In this document: in pieces, positions 27,001 through 39,000 of the stretch
Position numbering within the stretch: position 1 is the stretch's first letter
Layout of the letters: each line of letters starts with the position of its first letter
Assembly (NCBI GenBank): GCA_964374105.1
Contig: CAYJXI010000001.1
Location: forward strand, 199,743 to 263,742
Origin: an uncultured Planctomycetales bacterium
GTDB lineage: Bacteria; Omnitrophota; Gorgyraeia; Zapsychrales; JANLHA01
Length of the DNA stretch: 64,000 nucleotides
Direction: 5' to 3'
The notes under the pieces: model-generated
Seen by the model: only the letters and a program-made list of their open reading frames with translations
The model's database searches: none
Told to the model about the DNA's origin: nothing
Program-made: the position numbers and the translations under genes

Positions 27001-30000
27001 TGTCTTTGTTTGGCTTTTGGTGTGGGATATGTTGGAATTAAGAGAAAGAACTGAGATTCTGGATGATTTGCCTGTCCGAATTGATTCTTCGGCAGATCGT
27101 TGGGACATCGAACTGATATTCGGAAGAAAAGGGATCTTTGATGCTTTAAGCTCATTGGAAGTCCATGATCGGCGCAATGCACAGACAGCTGTTTTAAACT
27201 ATTTCGGCAAAATCAAATGGATTCAGAAACGCTTGAGCCGTGATCCGCGGATGAGTTTCTTATGGGAACTGGATGAGCCATCCTTAAGGGACTTGATTAC
27301 GATTATTAAAATTACCCATACCAATAGCACCTTGGTCTTTAATGCCATGACCATGGCGGAAGTTTTACCTGAGGAAATTAGAAGTCTCATTAAGGTCATT
27401 CCGTTTAATAACACTTTAACTGCGGTGATCAACCTTTTCGGTGAATATGCCAATTTCATCATGGATTTGCGCAGTAACGGCAAACTCAAATTTTTAATCG
27501 AAATGCTGACCTTTGTTGGTTTAGAGAAGAAACAATACTCGCTCACTCAAATTGAAGGGATCTTGGGCTATCTTGCTGAACACAGATCCAAAGTTCTGAG
27601 TTGGAGTAAAAAAGATTTTCAAGATTTTGAACTGGATTGGTATTCCTATTCAAAGGCCATCCCGATCTTCCATTCTCGCCTGTTTGAGTATTTTATTAAG
27701 TATCAAGCTCAGGAGCACCTGATTCAGCAAATGAGTCAGGATGTCCAGGAGGAATTATTGGGCATCGCTTGGGGCAAATTTAAAGGATTAAAGGGAAATT
27801 TGCGAAAGTATGGGATGACCGATAGGGATGAATTTGTTTTGCTGCAAAAATACATCCCAATCAAGGGATACGGGCCTACCATTTATGCGGATGTCTTTCA
27901 GAAGTTGACCGAGGCTGTTGAAACAAGAAAGATAACAAGAGAGGATGAACCAGAATCTTATCTCTTAGATCAAATCCTTTTGGTGAGAGGAGAACGGGAG
28001 ATCAGACATCTTAAGGGATCAGAAAAATTGAATGATCAATGGATGGATCAGATGCTGAAACTTTTTGCTGAGCCGCCAGCGGAAAGTTTGTCTTTATCAG
28101 AGCGTATAAGTCAATATCTTAAGGAGGGTCTCTGGTCTAGAGAGCTAATGGAGCAGTCGGCGATCATGTGGCTGTTAGCAAAACCCACCTACCAAGAACG
28201 GTTGTCGAAATTAAAGAACAGATTAGAACAATTTGATCGTTCTGATATGACTTTGCAGATCGAAAGCTATCTACAATTGATGGAGGATATCCAAGTTTTC
28301 CTCTCGGATACCTGGGAAAATGATTTAAGGGATGCCCGCAGTCAACTCCTCAAAGAAGTGGTGGAAAAAGAAAGAAAGGCGGGTTTAATTAACTTATCAA
28401 CGGGTTTAGGAAAAATTGCTGTTGTCAAAATGCCCCGGAAGAAACTGAAAGCGGTCTTTGCAAAGATTGCATTGCCCTTTGATACCCTTTCTTTAAGTCA
28501 AACATGGGCCCAGGAATTAGGTCTAACGTTGTGTGATAGGAATTCTCTGAAGCGGCTGAAGGAAGAATGGAAAGTCAAAATGATTGAGTACATTATTTCA
28601 ATCTTTAAGAAAGAATCCAAAGGGGAGGTGGCCGAGGAGACTAAGGCAGCAATTAATGAAGCTTTTGATCTTATGATTTCAAAGGAAGAAGAACGAAGAA
28701 GCAAAAATGAGTTAACCAATGAAGAAATCCAAAAGATAACTTTAGATTTGGAAAGAAATTTACGGGAGATATTTAAATCCAAAGTTCTGTTATTGGAAGA
28801 AGAGACGCAGAAATTTGAGACTATCACACTTCCGGGGATGGGGAATACGGTGGTGATGGGACTCTTTGGGGATCCCTTGAATTTGATGTATTGTCAGGGA
28901 GAATGTACTTTCCGCGATTGGCCAAGGGCGATCCTTGATCAAAGATACTTTTATATGAAGTTATTGATTAAAGAGCCCGGGGTGGAAAGTGGAGGGCGTG
29001 TCTTAGGGGGAGCGCAAGTACAATTTTTAAAAGAGACAATCAGAGAAAGAAAAGTGAAAAGGATGCCCCGGGGTTGGGCGATTTTGAGTTTACCAGGGAT
29101 CAATATGGACGAAGGGATCGATAAGTATGGGATCGGAAAGCGCCAAGGGATAAGGTTCCTGTTAGAATTTGCCCAGCGGTTAGCCGAGGAAACCGGACTC
29201 CAAGGAGCAGTCATCCCCATCGATATTTTGATCCGCCACCAAAATTCTGAAGGACCCGAGGCAAAGGTGGTTGAAGAACTGATTCAAAAGGGGTGGTTGA
29301 AACCGGTCAAGTTGAGTTCAACCGTGGAACTAGCCCCTAAAACAGAATTCAATAATCAGTATACTTACGAAGATGTGTATCTAATAGATATTCCTAAAAA
29401 CGAGATGATGACAAAGGAGACACCTTTTTCAAATCTCAAGGAATATCTGGAAAGGGAGGAACAAACACCGTCCCTTGTTGCCAATCTTCCCGGGATCGGG
29501 GTGTGGATGCGGGTCTTATTGGCAGGGGGAATCTTGCCGCATGAGTTAGGACACCTCATCGTTGGGCCTCAAAAGGGTAGAAGGTTAGATTACGGCTTAA
29601 GGAGAATTCTGAAAGGCCTTTTCTATGCTATGCCCTGGCCAACCCGAGGGCCGCCGGCCTTGGTTGGTCTGGCGGTGAATCTCTTCTTGGCGGTTGTTTT
29701 AGGGCTTTTGATCTGGTCAGGTTTATTGAACTTTGGGTTTACATCGAATTCTTCGGCCTTTCTCTTCTACCTCTTTATTTCCAGCCTTATCGTATTTCTT
29801 TTGGAAATCCTGCTCACCCCATTTGCGGAAAGCTTAAAGATAAGCCGATTTGCGGATTTAAGACAGATGAAAGGTGATCCCGCCATGGCGGGATCACCTT
29901 TTTATATCCCAGGGCCGCTGCGAGTGTTCAACCGACCGTGGCTTCCTGCACCACACAGGGTGCAGGACCATGAACCCAATTCCGTACCACATAGGGTACG

Positions 30001-33000
30001 GGACGGTGAACCCTACGTGGTTCACCGTGTGGTTCATGGGGTTGAGCTCTTCCCGCCTCAGGCGGGAGCAGCGGCCCTGTATATATTTAAAGGAAGAAAT
30101 ATTATAGAGAAAGACAGTATAAGTATAACATCTGCCATTGAGGGGATGCCAAGGCCTAAGTCCAGTGATCAAAGCAGGCATCCCCTTGATTTAAAGGATA
30201 TGTCATTCCCGCGCCCGCCCGAGGCGGGTCCGCCTCTGGCGGAAAAGCAGAGATCCAGAAGGTACTTGTTTCCAAAATCCCGGATTCCTTCTTACGCAGG
30301 AATGATAAAGGTTGATAACGGGCCGCTACAGAACGTTCTTCACCTGGATCCGTGGCTGGGTGAGAGCACTTCGTCTGCGCTCAGCGCAGACGAACCACTT
30401 GCACCACCACAGGAAGGTAGCATCTCTGCTTTGAGGAGAGGCAGAATGCACCGAACACTTCCTATTAAGGAAGAACCTGTGGTGAGGGGTGTAGCGGCCC
30501 TACTCATAAAAAACTTTGTCCATCCACACGGTGGACAAATCTGCCAAAACTGTGTCGCTTTACTCCTTAAATCTGATATTGCTCAGGAACTTATTCAACA
30601 GTTGCGGGAAATCTCTGGTGCCATCCGCTGGATCAATGGCCATCCGTATTTTAAGATCGGCCCGATGGTTAAGATCCTTGAGGGTTTTGTTCGAAAAGGT
30701 CTCATGGCACAATCTGAGCTCGAGGCGATTTATGTTGAAGAAGACGAGCACGGTTACCACGCCACGCACATGAAGACAAGCACGCAACTCATCCACGCCC
30801 CCCAATACGCCTGGATTGGGGCAAAGAAGAAGGCTAAGGAGGATGAGGCACTCTTTGATTTTAATGAATTCCTGAAGTTAAAGGGCTGGAGGGCTCGTAA
30901 GGCCTTCAGGAAGCATTCCCAATTTTTAAACAACACTGAGAGGTTTGCCTTAGGGGCAAGAGACTTTATTTTGAGATTAAGGACGATCAGAGTGCCTTAC
31001 GAAGTCCAGTGGTGGGTTCTGGAATTTTTGGCACGATCAACCGGCTTTTGGAGTCTAAAGCAAATAGAAGCTTTGGTTCAAATCATTTTTAGTCGACAGG
31101 TTGATGATGAAGTCTTGAATTTATTATCTCGTTTTAACAATGTGAGAGGGATTCAACATGTCATTGGGAGGCTAGCGAAAGAATATCATCTGCGGCGCTC
31201 GGCAAGCATAGAACTTTATGTAGCGAAATATTTAGAGGATAAATATAAGGCCACGATTTTGGCTTTTAATGAAGAGATATTGGATAACAATAAAAAACCT
31301 ATTGCGGAATTTGATGTCATCTTTAAGCCTTATCGGCGAAAAACAATTGTCATCGCAGAGGTTTTCAGTTTCTTGCTTCAACCCGATCAAAGTTTTGTAT
31401 ATGAACGCACGATAGAAAAATTTGAAGAGAAGATCAGCAGGATAACTGATCCAAGAAACGATGATTGGATGATTTTAGAAAAGCTTAAATTTAGGGATAT
31501 CAAAATTTTATTGGTGTTTGAGCCAAGTCAAAAGCAATATTACGAAAGAGATTTATTTGGGGTGATCCAAGATGCATTGCAACAGAGCAGTTCAAAAAGA
31601 AAATTGGAAACGCTCTTTATTTCATTTCCGACATTAATCATTCAAAAAGAAGAAACATACGATCATGTGAGTTATACCAAACAGAAAGCGACTGATCGTA
31701 GTGTCTATTACGGTGTTTATTCTTACCGACCCTTCCATCAACAAACCACCTTAGAACAAGAAGGGAAAATGAGAAGAAACATCATCTGGTTGCGGTCAAA
31801 GATCTTAAAAGCGCTTATGAAACAAAAGGCTAAGGAAAGGAAGGAGCAGAAACTTAAGGAGAGACAAACATGCGCCAATTGTTTGACTAATCAACTCCAT
31901 CAAATGGGTTTGAGAGAAAAGTCCACAGATCTTATTCGACATTTAAGATCCAAGCTCGGGAGTATAAAAAGATTTCCTCATTTAAGTAATCCGGTTTTTA
32001 ATGCCAAAATCGTTAATGAATTTTTGCCTGAGGATATCACAAAAAAGATTTATCTTAAATATTTAGATCGAATTGATCAAGAGATCATTTATCACGTCAG
32101 TCAAATTCCCACCGCTATTACGCTCTGGGATCTGCGTCACGAAATTCATTTTTGGGTAGGGGCGAAGGTAAAAGAGGAAGAAAAAGGGGACAGTCCCCAA
32201 AGAAAAAGGGGACAGTCCCCAATTATCCAGTTGGATTTGTTCGATTTCATTGCTGAGAGCGCACTTAAGGCAAAAGAGGAAAAAGAATCACAAGTAGCAC
32301 AACAACCCAAAGGAGACTTTGTGTCAGCAGTCTTTAGCCAGATTGTTCCCCTTATTAAGAATAATCCACGGATTTCCATCATCCAGATTAATTATAAAAT
32401 TCAACCCTTTTATGATCCCCTCAGCGGGTGTGACCGATGCTTCGTAGAAGGAACCGTTGTTCATGAAAAGAATAGCCAACAGGAGAGAATAGGTTGGTTT
32501 GATTTTTATGTTTATCCTCAGGAGAAGATTACCATCGAACATTATTTCCCCATTGGAGTCCCAGGTTCTAAGACTTGGGAGGAATATCGTAACGTTGGTG
32601 TCAGTCAGACATTCCTCTTTTGGCTTTCGACCTTCGCTAAAACCATTGATGTTGATTTAATTACCATTAACTCCCAATGGCTGGTGGACATGTATATTTT
32701 TGGCAAATACTTTGCGGATCGGATTGGCATCCGTGATCCTAAAGAGCCAAAGATAAATTATTACGAACTTAAAGGTGGCGAACATAAAGGCATTTATGCT
32801 AACGAAAAGATAGGGGTGCTGACGGTTCATGATGTCGAAACCGTGCAAAGAATCGGTGCCGTAAAACTTAAATTTGATGCTTTAAAGGATGAATACGAAG
32901 TATCAGAGAAAATACTTGGGAGTATTCTGGAGGGAACAAAATTAACAATCATTAAGGGATTTGTTTATAAGGACAACGGACTTTTAGGATTCATCCACGA

Positions 33001-36000
33001 CCCCGCTGGGAATTCCATCTTTGAGGGGAAGCCCAGATTCCCGGAGGATATAAGGCCAGAGGCCTATGTCTTCAGCATTCCTCAGGAAGTGGTAAGAATG
33101 CTTAAACCTGTTTACGATGAATCGGAAAAGCAGAAAGAAGCAGGCGGAAACTTATCTCCCAAAGGAAACAGGGATGGCGCCCATTTTTCAAACGAATGGG
33201 AAAATTGTTTAACCCGCTGGCTTAACGCAAGGGAATTCAAGGAAGTGGCCGAGGAATTGGTCAAAGGACTTAAAGAAATTCCAGGGGCCATCATGCGGCT
33301 TAAACGCTACCAGGACCCCTTATTTAATCTTAAAGCCATCAAGGAAGCGTTGGAACAAATCATTCCTGGTTTCTCTGAACAGATTTACTTGAAAAAGATT
33401 GAAGAAGTGATGACTGACGACACTTGGCAAGTGGTTTATCATGTGGTTTCTCCAAAGGAATCCTTGAGCTTGGGTGAGGCAGATGTTATGACCAATGGCG
33501 CCAGGGCGACTTTACTTTCCGAAATCCGCGACCAAAACGCCTGGGTGGGGGCACAAGAAACAATAGATAAATCGCTTAAATCATTAAAACTGCAAAGAGC
33601 GATTTGGGATGCGAGAAAACATCCTTTGGATGCAACGATTTTGCTCAAAGCCGAAGAACTTTTGTTTGCATTCCAAAAAGAGTTTGGGGAAACTCATTTG
33701 AGTGAAAGGGGAAAGTTGCTGAGCCAGATCAGAGCTGGCCGATATCCTCATCATTCCCGCATCATCCGAAGATTTCGCTGGAAACTTCAAGGGAAAGACC
33801 GAAAGATAGAGGAATCCTTACGATTTTTCCATCGCGGCCGTGAGTTGTGGGGAGAAGAGGTTATTCGTGATGAAGATCGGGCGGACTTCCTTATTGCCGA
33901 GGCTAACTTTAAGGCTTTTAAAAGAGGGAGTTTGACACGCAAAGAACTGGCCTACGCTTTAAGCATATTAGGAAGCGGGAGAGAGGGGAAGTTGAAGCTG
34001 AAACTGCGAGATTTTGTGGTGAGTGCTCTGAGTTTAATTCCTGAGGATCCGCATGCGCTGATCTCAGAAACGGCTTTAAAATTACTTGCTCAATTTCGTG
34101 ACAGCAAGATTCAGGTTGTCTCCTCTGACAAAGGGACATATAGTGTTACGCCCTTTTTTAAACAAGCCCTCCAGTTTCATAACTTAAGTTCTCGGTGTCG
34201 ATATTTATTGCAGCCTTATTGGGAACCAGGCCGCGGCTTGATTCTTTATTGGATCTCTAATAAAGAAACGATAGGCTACGATATGACTCCTTATCGTTCG
34301 GCCAGGCCGTCATCGAAATTGAAAGTTATTCCTGCCCATGTTGTTGTTCGTGCCCAAGATTTAAAAACTGCTCGATGCAATCCTGGCCAGCTCTTAACAG
34401 ACCTGGTAAGAGAAGTTATCCCGATTGATCCTCTTAATCCCGATGAAGCAAGCTTAAAGGCATTGGAAGAATCTCTTAAAGATCGGCGCGATCAACCGCT
34501 AAATATTTTTGTTAAAGGAGGTTCTCATACGGTTAAGCCATGGGAAGATAACAATAAATATATCTCCTTCCAGCACCTGAAACCCAACAGCTCCTATACC
34601 ATTATGCCTTACTGGGAACCAAAAAAAGGTTTAAGGACCTTCTGGGTACGGGAGGGAGAAGTAGCTGTTTATGATCTTATTTTGTATCAACGTTTCCGAC
34701 CTGACAACTCACGGGAGTTAATCAGTGCTAAGAAAGAACGCGAGGATAAGCTCCCTGCAGCTGATCCGCAGCGGTTGAAGGTTTCCTTACTTTGCCGCAA
34801 TTGTTTCATCCTGGCCTTGCGGGAACTAGGATGGGATTATCAAAGATTGGAATCTTTTCTGGAGGCTTTAACAGAAGAAGAAAAACTTAAGGATTCCCCC
34901 AACAGTAAAACTCCTTTGATCAAGGCCCAGGCCATTGTCCGCATTTTGGCAGATGAGTTTGAGACAATCGCAAAGGAAATTTTTATGAGGGGGAGCGGGA
35001 CAGATGTGCAAGGGCGTAAAATTTATCATACTTTCTTATCTGAAAAAGGCACACGGGAAGCAGAAGCGTTATTAAACGTTATCCTCGATTCCAGCATGTG
35101 GGTAGGGGCGAAGGCTAATGAGGAAGAAAAAGGGGACAGTCCCCATCCGGGGCATCCGGGGACAGTCCCCACCGATCCCTTAGAAAAAGGACAATATCTG
35201 GTTATCGCCATGGAAACGGAAAGGTTGTCGGAATTAAGTGACCGGATGCGGGAAAGGGCGCTTTCTAAGGAGGGCCGAAAAATTAAAAGAAAAGGGCTTA
35301 ATGAAATTATCGCCTACTACGAGGAACGCAAAGCCGCTTACCAAGAGCTGGAAGAATTTATGAACAAGATCATTGCAATCGAGGACCCGTTTGACATTGA
35401 TTTTGAAAGACTGTTTGAATTGTATGTCCAGATCATTTCCTTTGCCCATATTCGGGCTGGATTCCGTCGGCGCGTGATCGGACCTTTAAGGTCACTGCTT
35501 TTTATGAAATTGCCCGGCTCCATAGCCCTTTTTGTACAACGGTGGATGTCGTTTATTTCCACCGGTCTTTCTGACATCACAACGCACCTCAGGGATGTGG
35601 AGTATAAGGAATTGTTATTTGTCATTGAACTTAATCCCAAGGCGAGAAAGATTATCCTAAGCCAAGAGAGTCCGCTGGTGCTCAAACAATTATCGCAAAG
35701 GGCAAAACCGGTTTATCAGAGTCTGGAGGATTTTGCCTTTCGCTATAAAATTGAACGTAACCAGAATGATGATATGACCAACCCCCTGCCTTTAGAAAAA
35801 CTGTTAAGCAATATCCGAAAAGACCTTGAATCCGGGGAATCCCGCAACCCGATCCCCCTATTGTTTAGCCGGACACCGCAGGGATATGCCTTTGAGTTTG
35901 AGCAGATCGGAAAATGGGTCAGACAGAAAGCGCCTCGTTTTGATGTAGAGGTTTTCCAAAAGATCATGATGATTTCTTGGGAGATGCCGGCCCAGCTCGA

Positions 36001-39000
36001 TAGGGAGCGCCATTGGCAGCATCGTTATCAGAACCAGTTACAGGGAATACTGTCATCGATAGAAAAGCGATTGAAGAAGGCCCGTTTGTTGAGTCAAAGA
36101 CAGAGCGTTTATGACCTTTCTGCGGAGGAATTGCTTAATCTGATTGAGAGGTACCGCCACTTAGACCCCCACCGCGCTAAGGCGGGCCTGCCTGCCGGAC
36201 AGGCAGGGAATCAATTGCCAAAAACAGAGCCGGAGCGGGAAGAGGCGATCCAGCAGGAAATTAGCGGCAATCGACCCCTATTTCTTGAACAGAGTCAATA
36301 CGTTCTCGAGGCAAATAAGGAAGCGAAAGAATTGGTGGGAGAGAAAGATCGGGATATTGTACGATCTTTAGAGCAGATGTCTTCTATGGAAATTCGCGCC
36401 GGGCCGATGCCGAATTTGTGGAGTGTTGTTCGGGAAGTGTCGCTTGTGAAGCGTGAAGCGTTAGGAGAAAAACGAGATACGAGTCCCGCCTCACGGGAGA
36501 CGAGATATGTCCTCCACCTCGATCGATCCCTCTTTGATTCCGCTAACCGCCATGAACTTCTTCTCACCCTCATCCACGAAGCAGGTGTCCTTCTGGGCCG
36601 AAGCGATGAAGACAATGAAAAATTTGCCCAGAAGGTTTTGGGTGATTTTGGTATAGAGAAAATTCATTTGCATTCATTAAAAGATATTGGAAAAGTTGAC
36701 CAATTGGTCAAAAAGATTAAAGAGCTCATTCAAAGTGGCTACTGGAAAAATGTTTTTGAGCTTTTAATGGAACATCTTGGCAAAGATCCAGAAATTGATT
36801 CAAGGTTGATAAGGGATGCTATTGAGTATGCATTCCGCGAGACTGCCTTGAAGTTATATGGGAATTTTATTCCTACCAAATTTATTCAGGCAGCAGGGGG
36901 TTTTCTGTTGAGGCTTACTCGGAAGGCTACAAAAGAAAAAAGGTATGATGTCTTGAGGGCTATCCTGGAACATTATGGGAATTCTTGGTCTAACAAAGAT
37001 TCTGGTGTGAAAAGATTGATTCTCCAAGAAGAGCCAGCCCTGTGGCCACTCCTTTATATTTTCGATATGGTAATTAAAATTTTAAAGAAAGATGATCCAA
37101 CATCTCACCCAGAGATCTTCGAGCATGTTCTTCCTTTCATTATCGATGTATTTCCACCCAAGACACTTTATTGGATTAAAACTCGACGGATTACTAGAGC
37201 ACCAGGATTCATAACATCTGATGATCGATTTGAGTCGAAGGAGAGTCCCTTTGTGCAAAAAATGGTTGAATTGTTTAGTCTGCTTGCTGAAAAGTATCCC
37301 GCTCATCCTTTATTACATTTGGCTTTAGAGAAATACATTGGTCTGCGAGAAAAGGTACAGGAGCAATTACAAAGAAAAAGTAGACTGATGGGGCCGTTTC
37401 GAGCGTTAGCTACATTGTTAGGTTTTAGGAGAGAGGGAAAGTCTTTGGAAATTCAAAGGTCTTTCACACTAACACCTGAAATGCAATCTCTTCTTCCTCG
37501 GATTGAATTGAAACCAGAAGAGATGAATTTAATATTAGATCAGAAAAGAGACATCGAGGAAACAGCGGTAACATTTTTGAAAACATGGGATGATTTTGTT
37601 ACGGCCTTTCAAGTCCTTTATAAGGCTCTACGTGATGAGACCTTGCGGATTTCTTATGATTTTGACGTGGAGGGCCGGCATACCCAAGGAGGGAGAATCA
37701 TTGAGAAAGCCTATCACGAAGGATGGATTCATGATACAGGTTTCGAGGCCTATATTCACCTTCCGGTCGGGATTCAGATACCTTTGAAAAAATGGTCAAG
37801 TATATCTGATTATAATTGGTGGGATGAGTATCATAAGCCTCTACGATATTATTTGAATTATTCTTTAGATATGGAAAGAATTCAGGAATTATTCCAAGGG
37901 CTCACATTCTCTGGTCTAAAGATAGGGGATCGTCTGGCCGAAGACGAAATTTGGGATGAGGGAATTATATGGGCTATGCTGGACAATAAGTTTAATGAAC
38001 AGTTAAATACAGTTCGCACTTTGAGAGAAGAATTAATTCGGTTAGCTATCAAACTCGAAGCCGTCAGTACAGGTCAGACAGAGGAAGAAATACGGAATCA
38101 ATACGATGGGAGTGCGTTGGTTAGAAAATGGCTTAAGAAATTTGGGATTCATGTTCGCGAGGCTAATAATCTTGATTTTAAGAAATTGACTTTTGATAAA
38201 TCTGCACAAACTGAAGAATCTTCAAAAGGTGATGAACAATCTGAGGATGATCGTGAATTCACCGATCCCCACCGCGCCAAGGCGGATAACAATCTGCCGA
38301 AAGATCCGGTTGAGCGCGAAGAGGCGATTCAGAAGGAAATCGCCGGTACTCAGAAATTGACGGGCTCCCAAAGGCAATACGTACTCAACGCTATCTGGCA
38401 AGCTCTGAAACTGGCCAAAGAAGATCAAGAAATCGTCCGCTCGTTTGAAGAGATGGTCAAAATGGAAATCCGCGCCGGGCCGTTTAGGTATATTTGGGGC
38501 ACCATTCGTACATTGTACAGCGTACTTCGTACGTCGAATGAACCGGGAACTTTACGAAGTACGATGGACGAAGTACGATGGACGTTATTCCTCGATCAAT
38601 CCCTCCTTGATCCTGTCAATTATCGCGAGCTTTTAATCACTCTCATTCATGAAGCCGGAGTCCTTCTGGGAAGAAGTGATGAAGATAACGAAAAATTCGC
38701 GCAACAAGTCATCCCCATTTTAAGCCAACCGGCCCAAGAACGGATCCTTGAGATGGTTCGAAAGTACTTCCTCTATCGAAAACCATTGAAGGATGAAGAA
38801 ATTATCCAACTTATCGGGTTTATTTCAGCTCAAATTCAGGTTCCTGTTGAAGAGCATGGCAAAGCTGTTCGTGAAATGCTGGCAGAGATAGTCAGGCATG
38901 ATCTTTTTGAACAAAACAGGTTCAATAGGATTTTAGAATTGGCAGGAATTTGGTACGAGCATTTTTATGTATTTTCAACTGAAGCGCAGGAGCCGAGAAC

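Noticed and set aside
29910-30079. tRNA or CRISPR array interpretation of the tandem hairpins
   Set aside because: The unit is 170 nt with three ~20-nt hairpins and no cloverleaf or anticodon-arm geometry. The repeats are too short, are contiguous and have no spacers, so it is not CRISPR.
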